Assembly (NCBI GenBank): GCA_963720675.1
Contig: CAVRGH010000003.1
Location: forward strand, 72,087-136,086
Length of the DNA stretch: 64,000 nt
From: an uncultured Acidimicrobiia bacterium
GTDB taxonomy: Bacteria; Actinomycetota; Acidimicrobiia; IMCC26256; PALSA-555
Direction of reading: 5' to 3'
Position 1 is the stretch's first letter. Each line of letters opens with the position of its first letter. Below the pieces are notes generated by a model, which worked only from the letters and a program-made list of their open reading frames with translations, searched no databases and was not told the DNA's origin. The position numbers and the translations under genes are program-made. Shown piece by piece: positions 1-10,594 of the stretch.

Positions 1-421
1 GGCCCGGTTCCCGTTCTCGAACCGGCGTGCCCACGAACATCACCGCCACCTCGACTGGCTCGTGTCGAGCCTGGCCCGGCGCAGCAGGCTCGGCCCGAAG
101 GTGTACTCGTACCCGCGCTGGAGCAGGTACATCCCGACCGTGCGGCCCGACGAGCTGTCGTTCCCATCGATCCTCCCGGGCTGGGACAACACACCGCGTG
201 CCGGGCGCGGGGGGTCCGTGTACCACGGGTCCACCCCGGCTGCGTTCGCCGAGCAGGTGGAGCGGGCGGTCGCGCTGGTCGCAGATCGATCCTTCGACCA
301 GCGTGTCGTGTTCATCCGGAGCTGGAACGAGTGGGCCGAGGGGAACTATCTCGAGCCCGACCGCGAGTCGGGTCGCGGGTACCTCGAGGCGTTCCGCGAC
401 TCGGTGCTCGAGCGGCCCTGA
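1..421 (+). CDS. C-terminal fragment of a WbsX-like (GH99-like fold) glycosyltransferase; the 5' end lies outside the window
   Basis: Frame is open from the window edge to TGA 419-421. The translation ...LPGWDNTPRAGRGG...FIRSWNEWAEGNYLEPD... resembles the conserved WbsX C-terminus. Codons are GC3-rich. Confidence 0.6.
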   Translation, partial: ARFPFSNRRAHEHHRHLDWLVSSLARRSRLGPKVYSYPRWSRYIPTVRPDELSFPSILPGWDNTPRAGRGGSVYHGSTPAAFAEQVERAVALVADRSFDQRVVFIRSWNEWAEGNYLEPDRESGRGYLEAFRDSVLERP

Positions 422-437
422 CGAGCGGGTCGGGGGG

Positions 438-1415
438 ATGAGTCAGGCCGAGGCTCTGCTACGAATGGCACCGATGGTCGAAGCGGCCCCGGACGTTTTC
501 GTGGTTGGCGCGCCGAGGTCGGGGACGACCTGGCTCCAGGGCATGCTCGCTCACTGCAGTGTCGTGGTCGCCCCCCGCGAGACCGGCATCTTCAGCGCGA
601 ACCTCGCTCCGTGGGAGCGCGTCTGGGAGATCCACACCGCGACCTCGAGCTCTGGTGTCGGTCTCCCCGGGTTGATGACCGAGGACGAGTTCACGGCGCT
701 CCTGCGCGAGACCTACGCGATGCTCCGCTCGTACGTCGTGGGTGTGCGTTCCCCCGACACGATCGTCGTGGAGAAGACGCCTGCGCACTCGCTGCACATG
801 GCGTTGATCCGACGCGTCGTGCCGGGCGCCCGCTTCGTGCACATCGTGCGGGATCCCCGGGACTCGGTTGCGTCGATGCTGGACGCGGGTCACACATGGA
901 ACCAGATCGGTGTGCAGCACGGCCGGTGGCCTACGACCGTGGAGGACGCAACGACACGCTGGCGCGAGTACACGTCCGCCGCGTTGGCCGGTGAGCAGGA
1001 CGACGACACCATTCGAGTGCGGTACGAGGATCTCCGGGACGACACCGGCACCACCGCCGCCGGCATCTGGTCGTTCCTCGGCCTTCCGGACGGGCTCGAC
1101 GAAGCGCTTCGACTCGCTTCGGAGGCGCCGACGAACATCGCGGGAATACCTCCGCCGGGATTCTCGTTCCATACGCGCGCCGGGCCCGACCCCGGCTGCT
1201 CGCCGTTCCAGCGGCGATACATCGAGTGGCGGTGCGCGCCCCTGATGACCATCCTCGGATACGAACCGCTGCCCGATCACTCGCCGCTGCCCGGTGCGAG
1301 GACGAAGGCCCGAGCTCGGGTACGCGCCGGGTGCCGGTTCGTGAATCGGGGCATGCGGTCGATGGGCCGGGCCATCGGTGGGGAGCGGGTTCCCCGGGAC
1401 GCGGGTTCGTCGTGA
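438..1415 (+). CDS. PAPS-type sulfotransferase family protein
   Basis: ATG 438 follows a G-rich RBS. The N-terminal 5'-PSB-like loop is FVVGAPRSGTTWLQGML, followed by IVRDPRDSVASM (3'-PB-like). The stop overlaps the next start (GTGA). Confidence 0.8.
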   Translation: MSQAEALLRMAPMVEAAPDVFVVGAPRSGTTWLQGMLAHCSVVVAPRETGIFSANLAPWERVWEIHTATSSSGVGLPGLMTEDEFTALLRETYAMLRSYVVGVRSPDTIVVEKTPAHSLHMALIRRVVPGARFVHIVRDPRDSVASMLDAGHTWNQIGVQHGRWPTTVEDATTRWREYTSAALAGEQDDDTIRVRYEDLRDDTGTTAAGIWSFLGLPDGLDEALRLASEAPTNIAGIPPPGFSFHTRAGPDPGCSPFQRRYIEWRCAPLMTILGYEPLPDHSPLPGARTKARARVRAGCRFVNRGMRSMGRAIGGERVPRDAGSS

Positions 1416-2465
1416 GGATTCTCCTGGCCTTGCACTACCTCGTGCCGATGAACGGAACGGCCAGTCATGTCCTGACGGTCGCGGGCGAGCTCGCCGGACG
1501 GGGCCACGAGGTGAGCATCTTCGCGATCAGGTCGGGGGAAGAGACGGACGGGGAGCTCGGGCGGCGCGGGTTCGCGTTCGAACCACGCGTGCCCACGACG
1601 GGGGACGGTTTCGACGTCGTGCACGCGCACCAGAACACCGTGGCGCTGATCTGTCGGTCGGCCTACCCGGACATCCCGTTGTTCCTGACCGGCCATGGAG
1701 TCGTGGACCATCGGGATGCACCACCCAGCGTCGATCTGGGTGTCTCGAAGGTCTTCGCGGTGAGCGAGGAGGTCGCTCGTTGGCGCGCGCAGCAGTCGGA
1801 GGCCCCGGGCCCGGCCCGCGTCCTGCGGAATCCGATCGACTGCACTCGGTACCGTCCGCAGCGCGCGATCCGGGTCACACCCCGGCGGGCGCTGATCATC
1901 GGGCGCACGATCGAGGACGAGCGTTGCCGGTTGATCGCCGCGGCGTGTGCCGCGCACCGCATCGAGGTCCAGCGGTTCGGCACCAAACGGTCCCACCGCG
2001 AGCACCGCCGTCTGGCGGACGCGATCGATCGAGTGGACGTCGTGTTCTCCGTCGGGCGGGGTGCGCTGGAGGCCATGAGCTGCGGTCGCGCCGTGTACGT
2101 CATCGGCCGGTTCGGCGCGGACGGCTGGATGACCGCTGGATCGGTCGAGGCGTCGGGCCGGTCGAACTTCAGCGGCCGCGCCTCGGCTCGGCAACCTTCA
2201 CTCGACACCCTGCGTTCCGACCTCGACGAGTACGACGCCGGTATGGGCGCTTTCAACGCGTCGTACGTACGGCGTGAGCACGACGTCGTCGCGCACGTCG
2301 ATCTGCTGCTCCCGGAGTACTCGCGTTCGATCGTCGATCCGCGAACGCCGGTCGCGCCGCTCCCTGCTCGTGAGATCCTGGATCTCCACGCCGCCGCCGT
2401 GCGACGAGCACCGCCTTCGATCTTCGGGCGCGCCCGGAAGGCGCTCGGCGCCGGTCGCGCACGCG
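1412..2465 (+). CDS. Glycosyltransferase (GT-B, GT4-like); 3' end unresolved
   Basis: GTG 1412 overlaps the upstream stop. The N-terminus is VRILLALHYLVPMNGTASHVLTVAGELAGRGHEV, and VGRGALEAMSCGRAVYV is a GT-B C-domain motif. There is no in-frame stop before 2803, so the boundary with the following methyltransferase is a guess. Confidence 0.55.
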
Positions 2466-3159
2466 TGCTGCGACGTCGTCGCCCGCCGCGGGATGCGACC
2501 GACTGGGTTGGTTGGCATGCCGGGTACGACGACCCGGAGCTCGAAGCTGGGCGTTCGCCTCGAGATCGTCCAGCGGCGTCTCCGCGAAGCGCTGGACGTG
2601 GCGCGACCCGGACCGATCACGGTGACCAGCGTGTGCGCGGGACAGGGTCGGGACGTCCTTCCCGTGGTCGCGACACACCCGCGGCGGAGCGATATCCGGG
2701 TGAACCTCCTCGAGATCGATCCGACCAACGCGGAACGGGCGCGCCTCGACGCCGACGATCGCGGACTCTCGCAGGTCACGGTGAACGTTCGGGATGCCGG
2801 TAGCACCGACGCGTACGTGGAGCTCGGCCCGGCCGACGTCCTGCTCATGTCCGGAATGTTCCTCCACCTTCGGAAGCGGGACGTCGCCGCGTACCATCCG
2901 GGCCAGCCCCTCGCTCTGCGCCGCGGACGCCCGAGTCGTGTGGACTCGCGACAGGACGCCTCCTGACTTCACGACAAGAATCCGGCGGTGGTATCGGCGG
3001 GCGGGGTTCACGGAGATCTCCTTCGACGCCCCCGAGGACGCATGGTTGACCGTCGGCGTCGAGCAGCTCGTCGCAGCACCACGACCGTTGCGCCCCGGCG
3101 TGCGGTTGTTCACGTTCGCGGGAGATTCCGGGCGCAGGACACACCCTTGGCGGCGATGA
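2466..3159 (+). pseudogene. SAM-dependent methyltransferase, reading frame broken twice (frameshift or assembly indel)
   Basis: WHAGYDDP lies in frame 2. It continues as SSKLGVRLEIVQRRL...VTSVCAGQGRDVLPVV...LLEIDP...LLMSGMF in frame 0, with the shift near 2536. It then continues as RTIRASPSLCAADARVVWTRDRTPPDFTTRIRRWYRRAGFTEISFDAP in frame 1, with the shift near 2887. The stop is at 3157-3159. Confidence 0.6.
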
Positions 3160-3168
3160 TCTCCCGAG

Positions 3169-4014
3169 GTGCTCGTCCGACGCTCTGCTACGAATAGCAC
3201 CGTGGGAGCGTTCGCGTCGGGCACGGTGAAGCGACTTGCCGCGTTCTCGGACATCGTCGTTCGACCGCAGCACGGCGTGGTCCTGCTCGCGTACCACCGG
3301 GTGGGGGCGAACACCGGTGCGTCGGTCGATCTCGATCGCGGGCTGTTCGAGGGACAGATCGAGCGGCTCTCGCTCGACGGGTCCCCCGCGACGCTCGACG
3401 ACGCGCTTCTGGCACTCGCCGCGCCCACGCGCCCGGCGCGTGACCCGCTCGTCGTCACCTTCGACGACGGCACCGCTGACTTCGCGGAGCACGCCCTGCC
3501 GGTGCTGGTCGCGCACGGCGTGCCGGCGACCCTCTACGTCGCCACCGACTTCGTCGACTCGGGGCGACCCTTCCCCGGCGGTGCACCGATGCTCTCGTGG
3601 GCTGCGCTGCGCGACGCCGTGTCGACGGGGATCGTCACGGTCGGGTCGCACACCCACACGCATCGCCTGTTGCACGACGCACCCGCATCCGTCGCCGAGG
3701 AGGAGCTCGACCGGTCTTCCGATCTCATCGGCGAGCAGCTCGGGGTCGAGGTGCGCCACTTCGCCTACCCGAAGGCCCGGCCGGGTTCGCCCGATGCCGA
3801 GCGCGCCGTGCGGGCACGGTTCGTGTCCGCTGCGCTCTCGGGCATGCACAGCAACCGGTACGGCCGCACCGACCCGTATCGGCTCGCCCGATCGCCTGTG
3901 CAGCAGGCCGACGGCATGCGCTGGTTCCAGCACAAGGCTCGGGGTGGGATGCGCCTCGAGGGCGACCTCCGGCGGCTGCTCGATCGGCGACGCTACCGGC
4001 ACGAGGCCACGTGA
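3169..4014 (+). CDS. Polysaccharide deacetylase (NodB/CE4-like)
   Basis: Motifs VVTFDDGTADF, LPVLVAHGVPATLYV and VGSHTHTH are present. The start is GTG 3169 (alternative GTG 3202). Confidence 0.8.
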   Translation: MLVRRSATNSTVGAFASGTVKRLAAFSDIVVRPQHGVVLLAYHRVGANTGASVDLDRGLFEGQIERLSLDGSPATLDDALLALAAPTRPARDPLVVTFDDGTADFAEHALPVLVAHGVPATLYVATDFVDSGRPFPGGAPMLSWAALRDAVSTGIVTVGSHTHTHRLLHDAPASVAEEELDRSSDLIGEQLGVEVRHFAYPKARPGSPDAERAVRARFVSAALSGMHSNRYGRTDPYRLARSPVQQADGMRWFQHKARGGMRLEGDLRRLLDRRRYRHEAT

Positions 4015-4023
4015 GGATCCGCG

Positions 4024-5202
4024 CTGCCGCGGGTCCTGCTCGTCGGTCATCGCTCCGATCTGGTCGGTGGCGCGCAGATCTCGCTTGCCCAGCTCGCCAC
4101 GGCGCTCCAGCGTGACGGCCGGGTCGAGGTCGTGGTGTCCACACCCGAAGCCGGCCCGCTCTCGGTGTGGCTCGAAGGCAACGGCGTCGCGACGGTCGCG
4201 GTCGGGACTCCCGCATGGACCGTCTTCGTGTCGGACGAGCACACGCCCGGTCAGCGATGGAAGTACGTGAAGCGTCGGGCGCGACAAGTCGGGGCGACGG
4301 CACGGAGCGTCCGCCCGTGGCTCGCGGTGATCGATGCGGTACGACCCGACATCATCATCTCCACGACCGCGACCATCGCCACACCGGCGCTCGCCGCGAA
4401 GCGCCGACGGATCCCTCACGTCTGGTGGGTGCTGGAGCTCTGCACGCGCACGCAGGGCCTCGCGTTCGCGCTCGGTGACGGGTTCAGTCGCCGATGCATC
4501 GGATGGGGATCCGACGCGGTCGTCGCCAACTCCCGGGCCGTCGCGGCCCGGTTCTCGCCCCCCGTCCGGGCCGGGAAGATGCACCTGGTGCACAACGGAG
4601 TCGCGGCGTTCCCGATCGCCCCGAGTGATCCGAGTGGTGACGCGCTGCGCCTCCTGCTGTTCGGGCGACTCGAGCCGGCCAAGGGGTGCGAGCTCGCGAT
4701 CCGCGCCGTCGCCTGCACCGAGCCCGGGTCGGTGGAGCTTCGCCTCGTCGGGTCCGTGAGCGCTCCGTACCGTCACCGTCTCGAGCAGCTCGCGGCGACG
4801 CTGGGCATCGCGACCTGCGTCTCGATCTACGAGTACGAGGCGATCCCGGCTCGTCACCTCGAGTGGAGTGACGTCGTCGTGATGTGCTCCATCGACGAGG
4901 GGTTCGGCCGGGTCACGGCGGAGGCGCTCAAGAGCGGACGGACGGTCATCGGCGCGCGCAGCGGCGGCACGACCGAGCTCATCGAGGACGAGGTGGTCGG
5001 GCTGCTCGTCGAACCCGGCTCGGTGGCCGCGCTCGTGGATGCGATCAACCGACTCGCGGCCGACCGCGACCTCGTCCAGCGGCTGTCGACGACCGCAGCG
5101 GCGCGGTACCGCTCCACGTTCGAAGAAGCCGACGAGGTCGACGCGTTCGTCGAGCTGGTCCGGCGCCTGCAGCCGCCGTCGTCGGTCGCGGTGTCGTCGT
5201 GA
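4024..5202 (+). CDS. Glycosyltransferase family 1 (GT-B); start unresolved
   Basis: The conserved N-terminus PRVLLVGHRSDLVGGAQISLAQLATAL begins right after the upstream stop, with no ATG/GTG/TTG in frame. Only CTG 4024 is available, or GTG 4011 one frame off, which suggests a 1-nt indel. The C-domain reads EGFGRVTAEALKSGRTVIGARSGGTTELIED. Confidence 0.7.
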   Translation: MPRVLLVGHRSDLVGGAQISLAQLATALQRDGRVEVVVSTPEAGPLSVWLEGNGVATVAVGTPAWTVFVSDEHTPGQRWKYVKRRARQVGATARSVRPWLAVIDAVRPDIIISTTATIATPALAAKRRRIPHVWWVLELCTRTQGLAFALGDGFSRRCIGWGSDAVVANSRAVAARFSPPVRAGKMHLVHNGVAAFPIAPSDPSGDALRLLLFGRLEPAKGCELAIRAVACTEPGSVELRLVGSVSAPYRHRLEQLAATLGIATCVSIYEYEAIPARHLEWSDVVVMCSIDEGFGRVTAEALKSGRTVIGARSGGTTELIEDEVVGLLVEPGSVAALVDAINRLAADRDLVQRLSTTAAARYRSTFEEADEVDAFVELVRRLQPPSSVAVSS

Positions 5203-6207
5203 CCGACGTGCGTACCCGCTTGCCGTCGCGCTCGAAGCGGCTCGAGTTCGGGATGCTGCGCGCGTGGTTCCGGGCGGGTGCCCGGTTCCGCCGCCGCCGG
5301 GTCGTGGTGTACTGGCGGCACCCCGCCTTCGAGCGGAAGGCGGCCGTCCTCCAGGACCGGCTCCGGTCGCACGGCTTCCGCGTCCGGGTGCGCAGCGGGA
5401 TGTCGCTCGCGACGTGGGCATACCTGTCGGTGAGCGACGACCTGTGGGTCGGGTACTGGTACCTGGTGCCGCCCGAGCTGTTCCCGGCCTCCTACGTCTT
5501 CGTCAACACCGAGCCCCTCGCCGTGCGCGAGGCGCGCGGCGACGCCGAGTGGTTCGACGCGATGCGCGGCGCACGTGCGATCTGGGGGTACCAGCGCATC
5601 CGACGAGGTCATCGCAGATCGCCTGGGTGTGCCCTTCCGATACGTCCCGTTCGGGTACGCGCCGTCCCTCGAGCAGGAGTACCGCAGGAACGTCGGTGAG
5701 CCCGCACCCGAGGAGGACATCGATGTGCTCTTCTTCGGCAACCTGTCCGAGCGGCGTCGCGAGATGCTCGATCGCCTCGCCAGCGGCGGGATCGCCGTGC
5801 ACGTGGTCGACGTCGACTCGTGGGTCTTCGGTGCCGACCTCGACCGCCTGGTGGCCGGCGCCCGGATCGTGCTCGTGATCCACCAGTACGACGAGCCCAC
5901 CGCCCAGGTCGCGGATCTCGGGCGGGTCGATGTGCCGCTCGCCAACGGGCGGTTCGTGCTCCACGAGGCGCCGGCCGCCGTTGCCGCAGATCCCGACTTC
6001 TCGGCCCACGTGCCGACCTGCTCGTACGACGACATCCCCGAGGCCTGCCGGTACTTCCTCGACCACCCCGACGAGCGGGACGGCCGGGCGAGGGCCGCCC
6101 GGGAGTGGTTCTGCACCGAGCGGGTGCTCGACGCGGTCGTTCCGTACGAGGATGTAGCACGACTGCTGGAACGACCCGACCGAACCGGAATCCGCCATGA
6201 GCCGTGA
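5199..6207 (+). pseudogene. CgeB-like / GT-B-like polysaccharide biosynthesis protein, one frame break
   Basis: GTG 5199 overlaps the upstream stop. Frame 0 reads ...FVNTEPLAVREARGDAEWFDAMRGARAIWG and continues in frame 1 as SASDEVIADRLGVPFRYVPFGYAP...DIDVLFFGN.... The break is at the GGGGG run 5584-5588. Confidence 0.55.
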
Positions 6208-7263
6208 CCTCCCCGCGTTCCTCAACATCGACGTCGAGCCCGACGGGCTCCAGCTGCCACAGCACGGGCCCTCGACGTGGGCCGGTTACGACGCCCTGGA
6301 GCCGTTCCTGGAGGACCTCCGCGCCGCGATCGGCGAGGTTGCACCGTCGCCCCCCCGCTGGGCCTGGTTCCTGCGGATGGACCCGCAGGTCGAGGCCACC
6401 AGCCCGTCGGCCGCGCACGCCGTGACCGCATTTCGGGACCGGATCCGGCGGCTCGAGGACCGTGGCGACGTCTTCGGCATCCACGTGCACCCGTTGCGGT
6501 GGAACCCTGGGCGCGGCTGCTGGGTCCACGACTTCGTCGACCCGGCGTGGGTCTCGGAGTGCATCGTCCGATCCGCCGACGCCTTCGGCGACGCGTTCGG
6601 CGAGCGGCCGCTCCGCCACCGCGGCGTCGGCGCGTTCCTCGACGGCGCCGCAGGTCGTGACGCTCGACCACCTCGGGGTGAGGGTCGTGTGCTCGGCCGA
6701 GCCGCGCACCATCAAGGCGAAGGCGCGCGCCTCGCTCGCCAACGTCGAGTCCGGCATCGACGCCGCCCCCGCGGTGGGAGAGCCCCCGGAGACCGCGCAC
6801 ATCCCGGCCGGCGCGTACCGCCCGGTGCCCGCCGATCCGCTCCGGCCGAACGCGCGCGGTGGGCTCGACCTCGTGCTCCTGCCGCTCACGGCGAGCCGGC
6901 GGCGGGGCGACAAACCCCGGTGGTGGCGGGCGGCGTCGCTCGTGCAAGCACCGCGGCAAGCGTCCACCGGTGCGGATGATGTTCCCGTCGGTCGAGTGGC
7001 CGGACCCGAACCACTACTGGGACCTCGTCGAGGCCGAGGTCGCGGCGATGGACCGGCCGTTCGTGTCGATCGCCATCCGCACCGACCTCCCCGACTCCGG
7101 GAAGGGCATGCGGACCCGGGCGGTGCTCGCCGCACTCCCGTCGCACCGACTCGCGCGGCGCCTCCGCTTCACCGACCCGCTCGAGGAAGCGCCGTCGTTG
7201 CTGTCGCGTCGGGCGCGGGCCGGACTGTCCTGGGCGTCGAGCTCGGCGGTGGTGGGAACCTGA
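6197..7263 (+). pseudogene. Conserved hypothetical protein of the glycopolymer cluster, two frame breaks
   Basis: MSRDLPAFLNIDVEPDGL...VFGIHVHPLRW...RHRGVGAFLDG lies in frame 2. PQVVTLDHLGVRVVCSAEP...GLDLVLLPLTA lies in frame 0 (shift ~6645). VRMMFPSVEWPDPNHYWDLVEAEVAAMDRPFVSIAIRTD lies in frame 1 (shift ~6950). Confidence 0.5.
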
Positions 7264-7265
7264 CG

Positions 7266-8426
7266 GTGCCCCGACTCGTCCACGTCACGACGACCGACAT
7301 GAGTCTCGCCCTGTTGCTCGGCGCGCAGCTGCGCGCGTTCGCGGCCGCGGGCTACGAGGTCGTCGGCGTCTCCGCGCCCGGACCCTTCGTGGAGCGGCTG
7401 GAGTCGTGGGGGATCGAGCATGTCGCACTCGAACATGCGACGCGTGCCATGGCGCCGCACCGGGACGCGGCCGCGCTGTGGGAGCTGCGGGGCCTGTTGC
7501 GCCACCTCCGTCCCGACATCCTGCACACGCACAACCCCAAGCCGGGCATCTACGGCCGGATCGCCGGCCGACTGACCCATACCCCCGTGGTGGTGAACAC
7601 CGTGCACGGGCTCTACGCCGTGCCCGAGGACTCCTGGATCCGTCGCCGCGTCGTCTACGGGCTCGAGCGCCTCGCGGCCCGGTGCTCGCAGGCCGAGCTC
7701 GTGCAGAACCCCGAGGACGTCGAGACGCTCGCCCGCGTCGGCGTGCCCCGGGCGAAGCTCCACCTCCTCGGCAACGGTGTCGACCTGCACCGGTTCACGC
7801 GTGATGCCGTGGCCCCCCAGCGCGTTGCTGCGATGCGGAGGGAGCTGGGTGCCGGTCCGGACGACGTGATCGTCGGTGCCGTCGGACGGCTCGTCGTCGA
7901 GAAGGGCTACCGCGACGTCTTCGAGGCCGCTCGTCTGCTCCGAGGTCGGCATCCGGAGGTCCGCGTGGTCGTGATCGGTCCTGCCGACCCGGACAAGCAG
8001 GACGCGCTCACCACCGACGAGATCGGCGATGCCGAGCGGATCGCCGGTGTCCGGTGGATGGGTGCCCGTGACGACATGGTCGACCTCTACGCTGCGATGG
8101 ATCTCTACGTCCTCGCGTCCTACCGCGAGGGCTTCCCCCGCTCGGCGATGGAGGCAGCTGCGATGGGTGTGCCGGTGCTCGCGACGGACGTGCGTGGTTG
8201 CCGCCAGGTCGTCGACCACGACGTCACCGGCCTGCTCGTCCCCCCGCATGCGCCGCCGGCGTTGGCCGCCGCGATCGAGGCGTTGGTCGTCGATCCCGAC
8301 CGGCGGGCCGCGATGGGTGCGGCGGCGCAGGCGAAGGCGGCGCGTGACTTCGACGAGCAGGACGTCATCGATCGCACGCTCGCGGTCTACGGGGAGCTGC
8401 TGCGAGCACGGGGTCGCGCGGCATGA
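7266..8426 (+). CDS. Glycosyltransferase family 4 (GT-B)
   Basis: GTG 7266. The sequence reads VPRLVHVTTTDMSLALLLGAQLRAFAAAGYEV...HTHNPKPGIYGR...SYREGFPRSAMEAAAMGVPVLATDVRGCRQVV. The ORF is intact and its stop overlaps the next ATG. Confidence 0.85.
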   Translation: MPRLVHVTTTDMSLALLLGAQLRAFAAAGYEVVGVSAPGPFVERLESWGIEHVALEHATRAMAPHRDAAALWELRGLLRHLRPDILHTHNPKPGIYGRIAGRLTHTPVVVNTVHGLYAVPEDSWIRRRVVYGLERLAARCSQAELVQNPEDVETLARVGVPRAKLHLLGNGVDLHRFTRDAVAPQRVAAMRRELGAGPDDVIVGAVGRLVVEKGYRDVFEAARLLRGRHPEVRVVVIGPADPDKQDALTTDEIGDAERIAGVRWMGARDDMVDLYAAMDLYVLASYREGFPRSAMEAAAMGVPVLATDVRGCRQVVDHDVTGLLVPPHAPPALAAAIEALVVDPDRRAAMGAAAQAKAARDFDEQDVIDRTLAVYGELLRARGRAA

Positions 8427-9622
8427 GCGGCGCCGACCTCGCGGTGCTGGGTGCACCTCCTGCCTTTCCCGACGGCATCCCCTACGCCCGGCCGTCGTCG
8501 CCGGCCCTCGACCGGGTCATGGCGCGCGTGGCGCCGTCGTACGACGAAGGTCGGCTGACGAACGGTCCGCTGGTGCGGGAGCTCGAGGAGCGAGTCGAAG
8601 CGCGCCTGGGCGTGCGCCACGCGGTGGCGGTGGCGTCGTGCACGTCGGGGCTGATGCTCGCCGTGCAGGCGGTCGCGCCGGCCGGCGCGGTGCTGGTGCC
8701 GAGCTTCACGTTCTCTGCGACTGCGCACGCCGTCGCGTGGAACGGCCTCGATCTCGTCTTCGCCGAGTGCGACCCCGCGACCTTCCATCTCGCCGTCGAG
8801 GACGCGGCCGACCGCCTCGACGGCGTCGGCGCGCTGATCGCCAACCACGTCTTCGGGACCCCGTGCCCGGCCGAGGCGGTCGAACGGCTCGCAGCCACCG
8901 TGGGCGCGCGGGTGGTGTTCGATGCTGCGTCCGCCTTCGGCGCCGTGCGCGCCGGTCGACCGGTCGGTGGCTTCGGCGACGTGGAGGTCTTCAGCCTCAG
9001 CCCCACCAAGCCGGTGGTCGCCGGCGAGGGCGGCCTCGTCACGACCGACGACGACGACCTCGCGGCGCACGTGCGCATGGGGCGTGACTACGGCAACCCC
9101 GGCGACTACGACACCCGGTTCATCGGTCTCAACGCGCGCCTGTCCGAGCTGCACGCGGCGGTGGCCCTCGAGTCCCTCGCCGATCTCGACGAGCACCATG
9201 GCGCACGCGACGAGCTCGCTCAGCGTGCCCGCAAGGCGCTCGACGACGTCCCGGGGATCCGCACCCAGCACGTCGACGACGGCGACCGGCCGACGTGGAA
9301 GGACCTGGGGCTGGTGGTCGACCCGGCCGCCTTCGGCACCGACCGCGACGTGCTCGCGGCGGCACTGCGCGCCGAGGGGGTGGACACGCGGCGGTACTTC
9401 TCTCCGCCCGTCCACCGTCAGGAGGCGTACGCCGACCACGCCTCGACCGATCTCCCGATCACCGACGCGCTCGCCGCCTCGGTGCTCACCCTGCCCGTCT
9501 ACCCGCGCCTCTCGATCGAGCAGATCGATCTCGTGGTGGAGCTCGTCGCCCGGGTCCACCGGCGCGCACCGGAGGTCGTGGCGCGGGTGGCGGCGGTCAC
9601 GTCGGCGTCGGGCGAGGTGTAG
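8423..9622 (+). CDS. DegT/DnrJ/EryC1/StrS family sugar aminotransferase
   Basis: The ORF is intact at 399 aa. It reads LTNGPLVRELEERVEARLGVRHAVAVASCTSGLMLAV...FSLSPTKPVVAGEGGLV, where the SxxK lysine is the PLP site. Confidence 0.9.
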   Translation: MSGADLAVLGAPPAFPDGIPYARPSSPALDRVMARVAPSYDEGRLTNGPLVRELEERVEARLGVRHAVAVASCTSGLMLAVQAVAPAGAVLVPSFTFSATAHAVAWNGLDLVFAECDPATFHLAVEDAADRLDGVGALIANHVFGTPCPAEAVERLAATVGARVVFDAASAFGAVRAGRPVGGFGDVEVFSLSPTKPVVAGEGGLVTTDDDDLAAHVRMGRDYGNPGDYDTRFIGLNARLSELHAAVALESLADLDEHHGARDELAQRARKALDDVPGIRTQHVDDGDRPTWKDLGLVVDPAAFGTDRDVLAAALRAEGVDTRRYFSPPVHRQEAYADHASTDLPITDALAASVLTLPVYPRLSIEQIDLVVELVARVHRRAPEVVARVAAVTSASGEV

Positions 9623-10439
9623 CCCGGCGCGGCGCGCCGGCCAGCACCCCGAGTCCGAGCCCGACCACCAGGGCCGGCGCAAGGAGCACGATCGCCCGGC
9701 CGACCGAGGACTGCAATCCCGGGACGCGCCCGGCGTAGGCCGCGAGCGCGACCTGTCCGCCGGCCAGCACGACGAGTGCGGCCCGCCCGCGCACCGCCGC
9801 GGGGCGCGCACCGCGCAGTCGAGCGCCGACCGGCTCGAGCACCAGGAGTGCGAGCGCCCCGACCACGCCGACGAACGCCGCGTGGCGCCCGCGTGCGTCG
9901 GTGGCACCGACCCAGACGTACAGACCCACGAGGGGTGGGGAGCCCAGGGGTCCGAGCGCGTGCAGCCGAGGCAGGCGCGACGCCAGCGCGCCACCCAGGA
10001 GCACGACGGCGAGGACGATCGCCTCCTCGGTGTCGGGGACGCACACGTACACGCCGATGCCCGCGATCGCGAGGGCGACCGGGCCGCCACCGACCGAGGA
10101 CCAGTGGGCGTCGGCATCGGCGACGAGGGGCGCCGCGACTGCGATGGCGAGTGTCGCGGCGAGCGCGAGCGCGGTGGTGCCCGATCCCGACCGACCACCG
10201 AGGTCGCCGGCGAACCCGACCAGCGCCGCACCCGGGACGGTCAACACCATGCCCACGAAGATTCGGTCACGGGTGAGGGCCGCGCCGACGCCCAACACCA
10301 GGAGGCCGAGGAGCGCCGCCGGCGGGGGCGTACGGGCCGACGGCGCGATCGCGAGCGCGAGGAGCGCCACCATCGTGAGCACCAGCCCGAGGACGGGCTG
10401 CCGCACGAGCAGCGGGGGAACCTTTCGGCGGGCGGTCAC
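9597..10439 (-). CDS. Polytopic integral membrane protein, function unknown
   Basis: The sequence is hydrophobic Ala/Leu/Gly/Val-rich with several predicted TM spans. GTG 10439 is preferred over the ORF-track start 10559, whose first 40 residues are Arg/Ser-rich. Confidence 0.45.
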   Translation of the reverse strand: MTARRKVPPLLVRQPVLGLVLTMVALLALAIAPSARTPPPAALLGLLVLGVGAALTRDRIFVGMVLTVPGAALVGFAGDLGGRSGSGTTALALAATLAIAVAAPLVADADAHWSSVGGGPVALAIAGIGVYVCVPDTEEAIVLAVVLLGGALASRLPRLHALGPLGSPPLVGLYVWVGATDARGRHAAFVGVVGALALLVLEPVGARLRGARPAAVRGRAALVVLAGGQVALAAYAGRVPGLQSSVGRAIVLLAPALVVGLGLGVLAGAPRRATPRPTPT

Positions 10440-10594
10440 CAGTGAGCATGATGGCGGCCGCCGACGCCGGACACCATCTCGACCCGATGCGTTCACCGAT
10501 GCCGACACCTCGGGGGCGAGGTCGGATCGGGAGCGCGGCCGTCTACCATCGTCCGCCATGCGAGCCCGCCGCGTGATCCGCGGCCTCTGAGCCG

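Noticed and set aside
2845-5421. 858-aa minus-strand ORF, and similar ORFs at 5609-7135, 7014-8456, 8387-10231, 13396-15516 (its lower part), 17961-20258, 21078-22721, 21391-23955 and 40020-41498
   Set aside because: They are shadow ORFs of the conserved genes on the other strand or in another frame. Their Arg/Pro/Gly-rich composition is typical of out-of-frame translation of GC3-rich genes.
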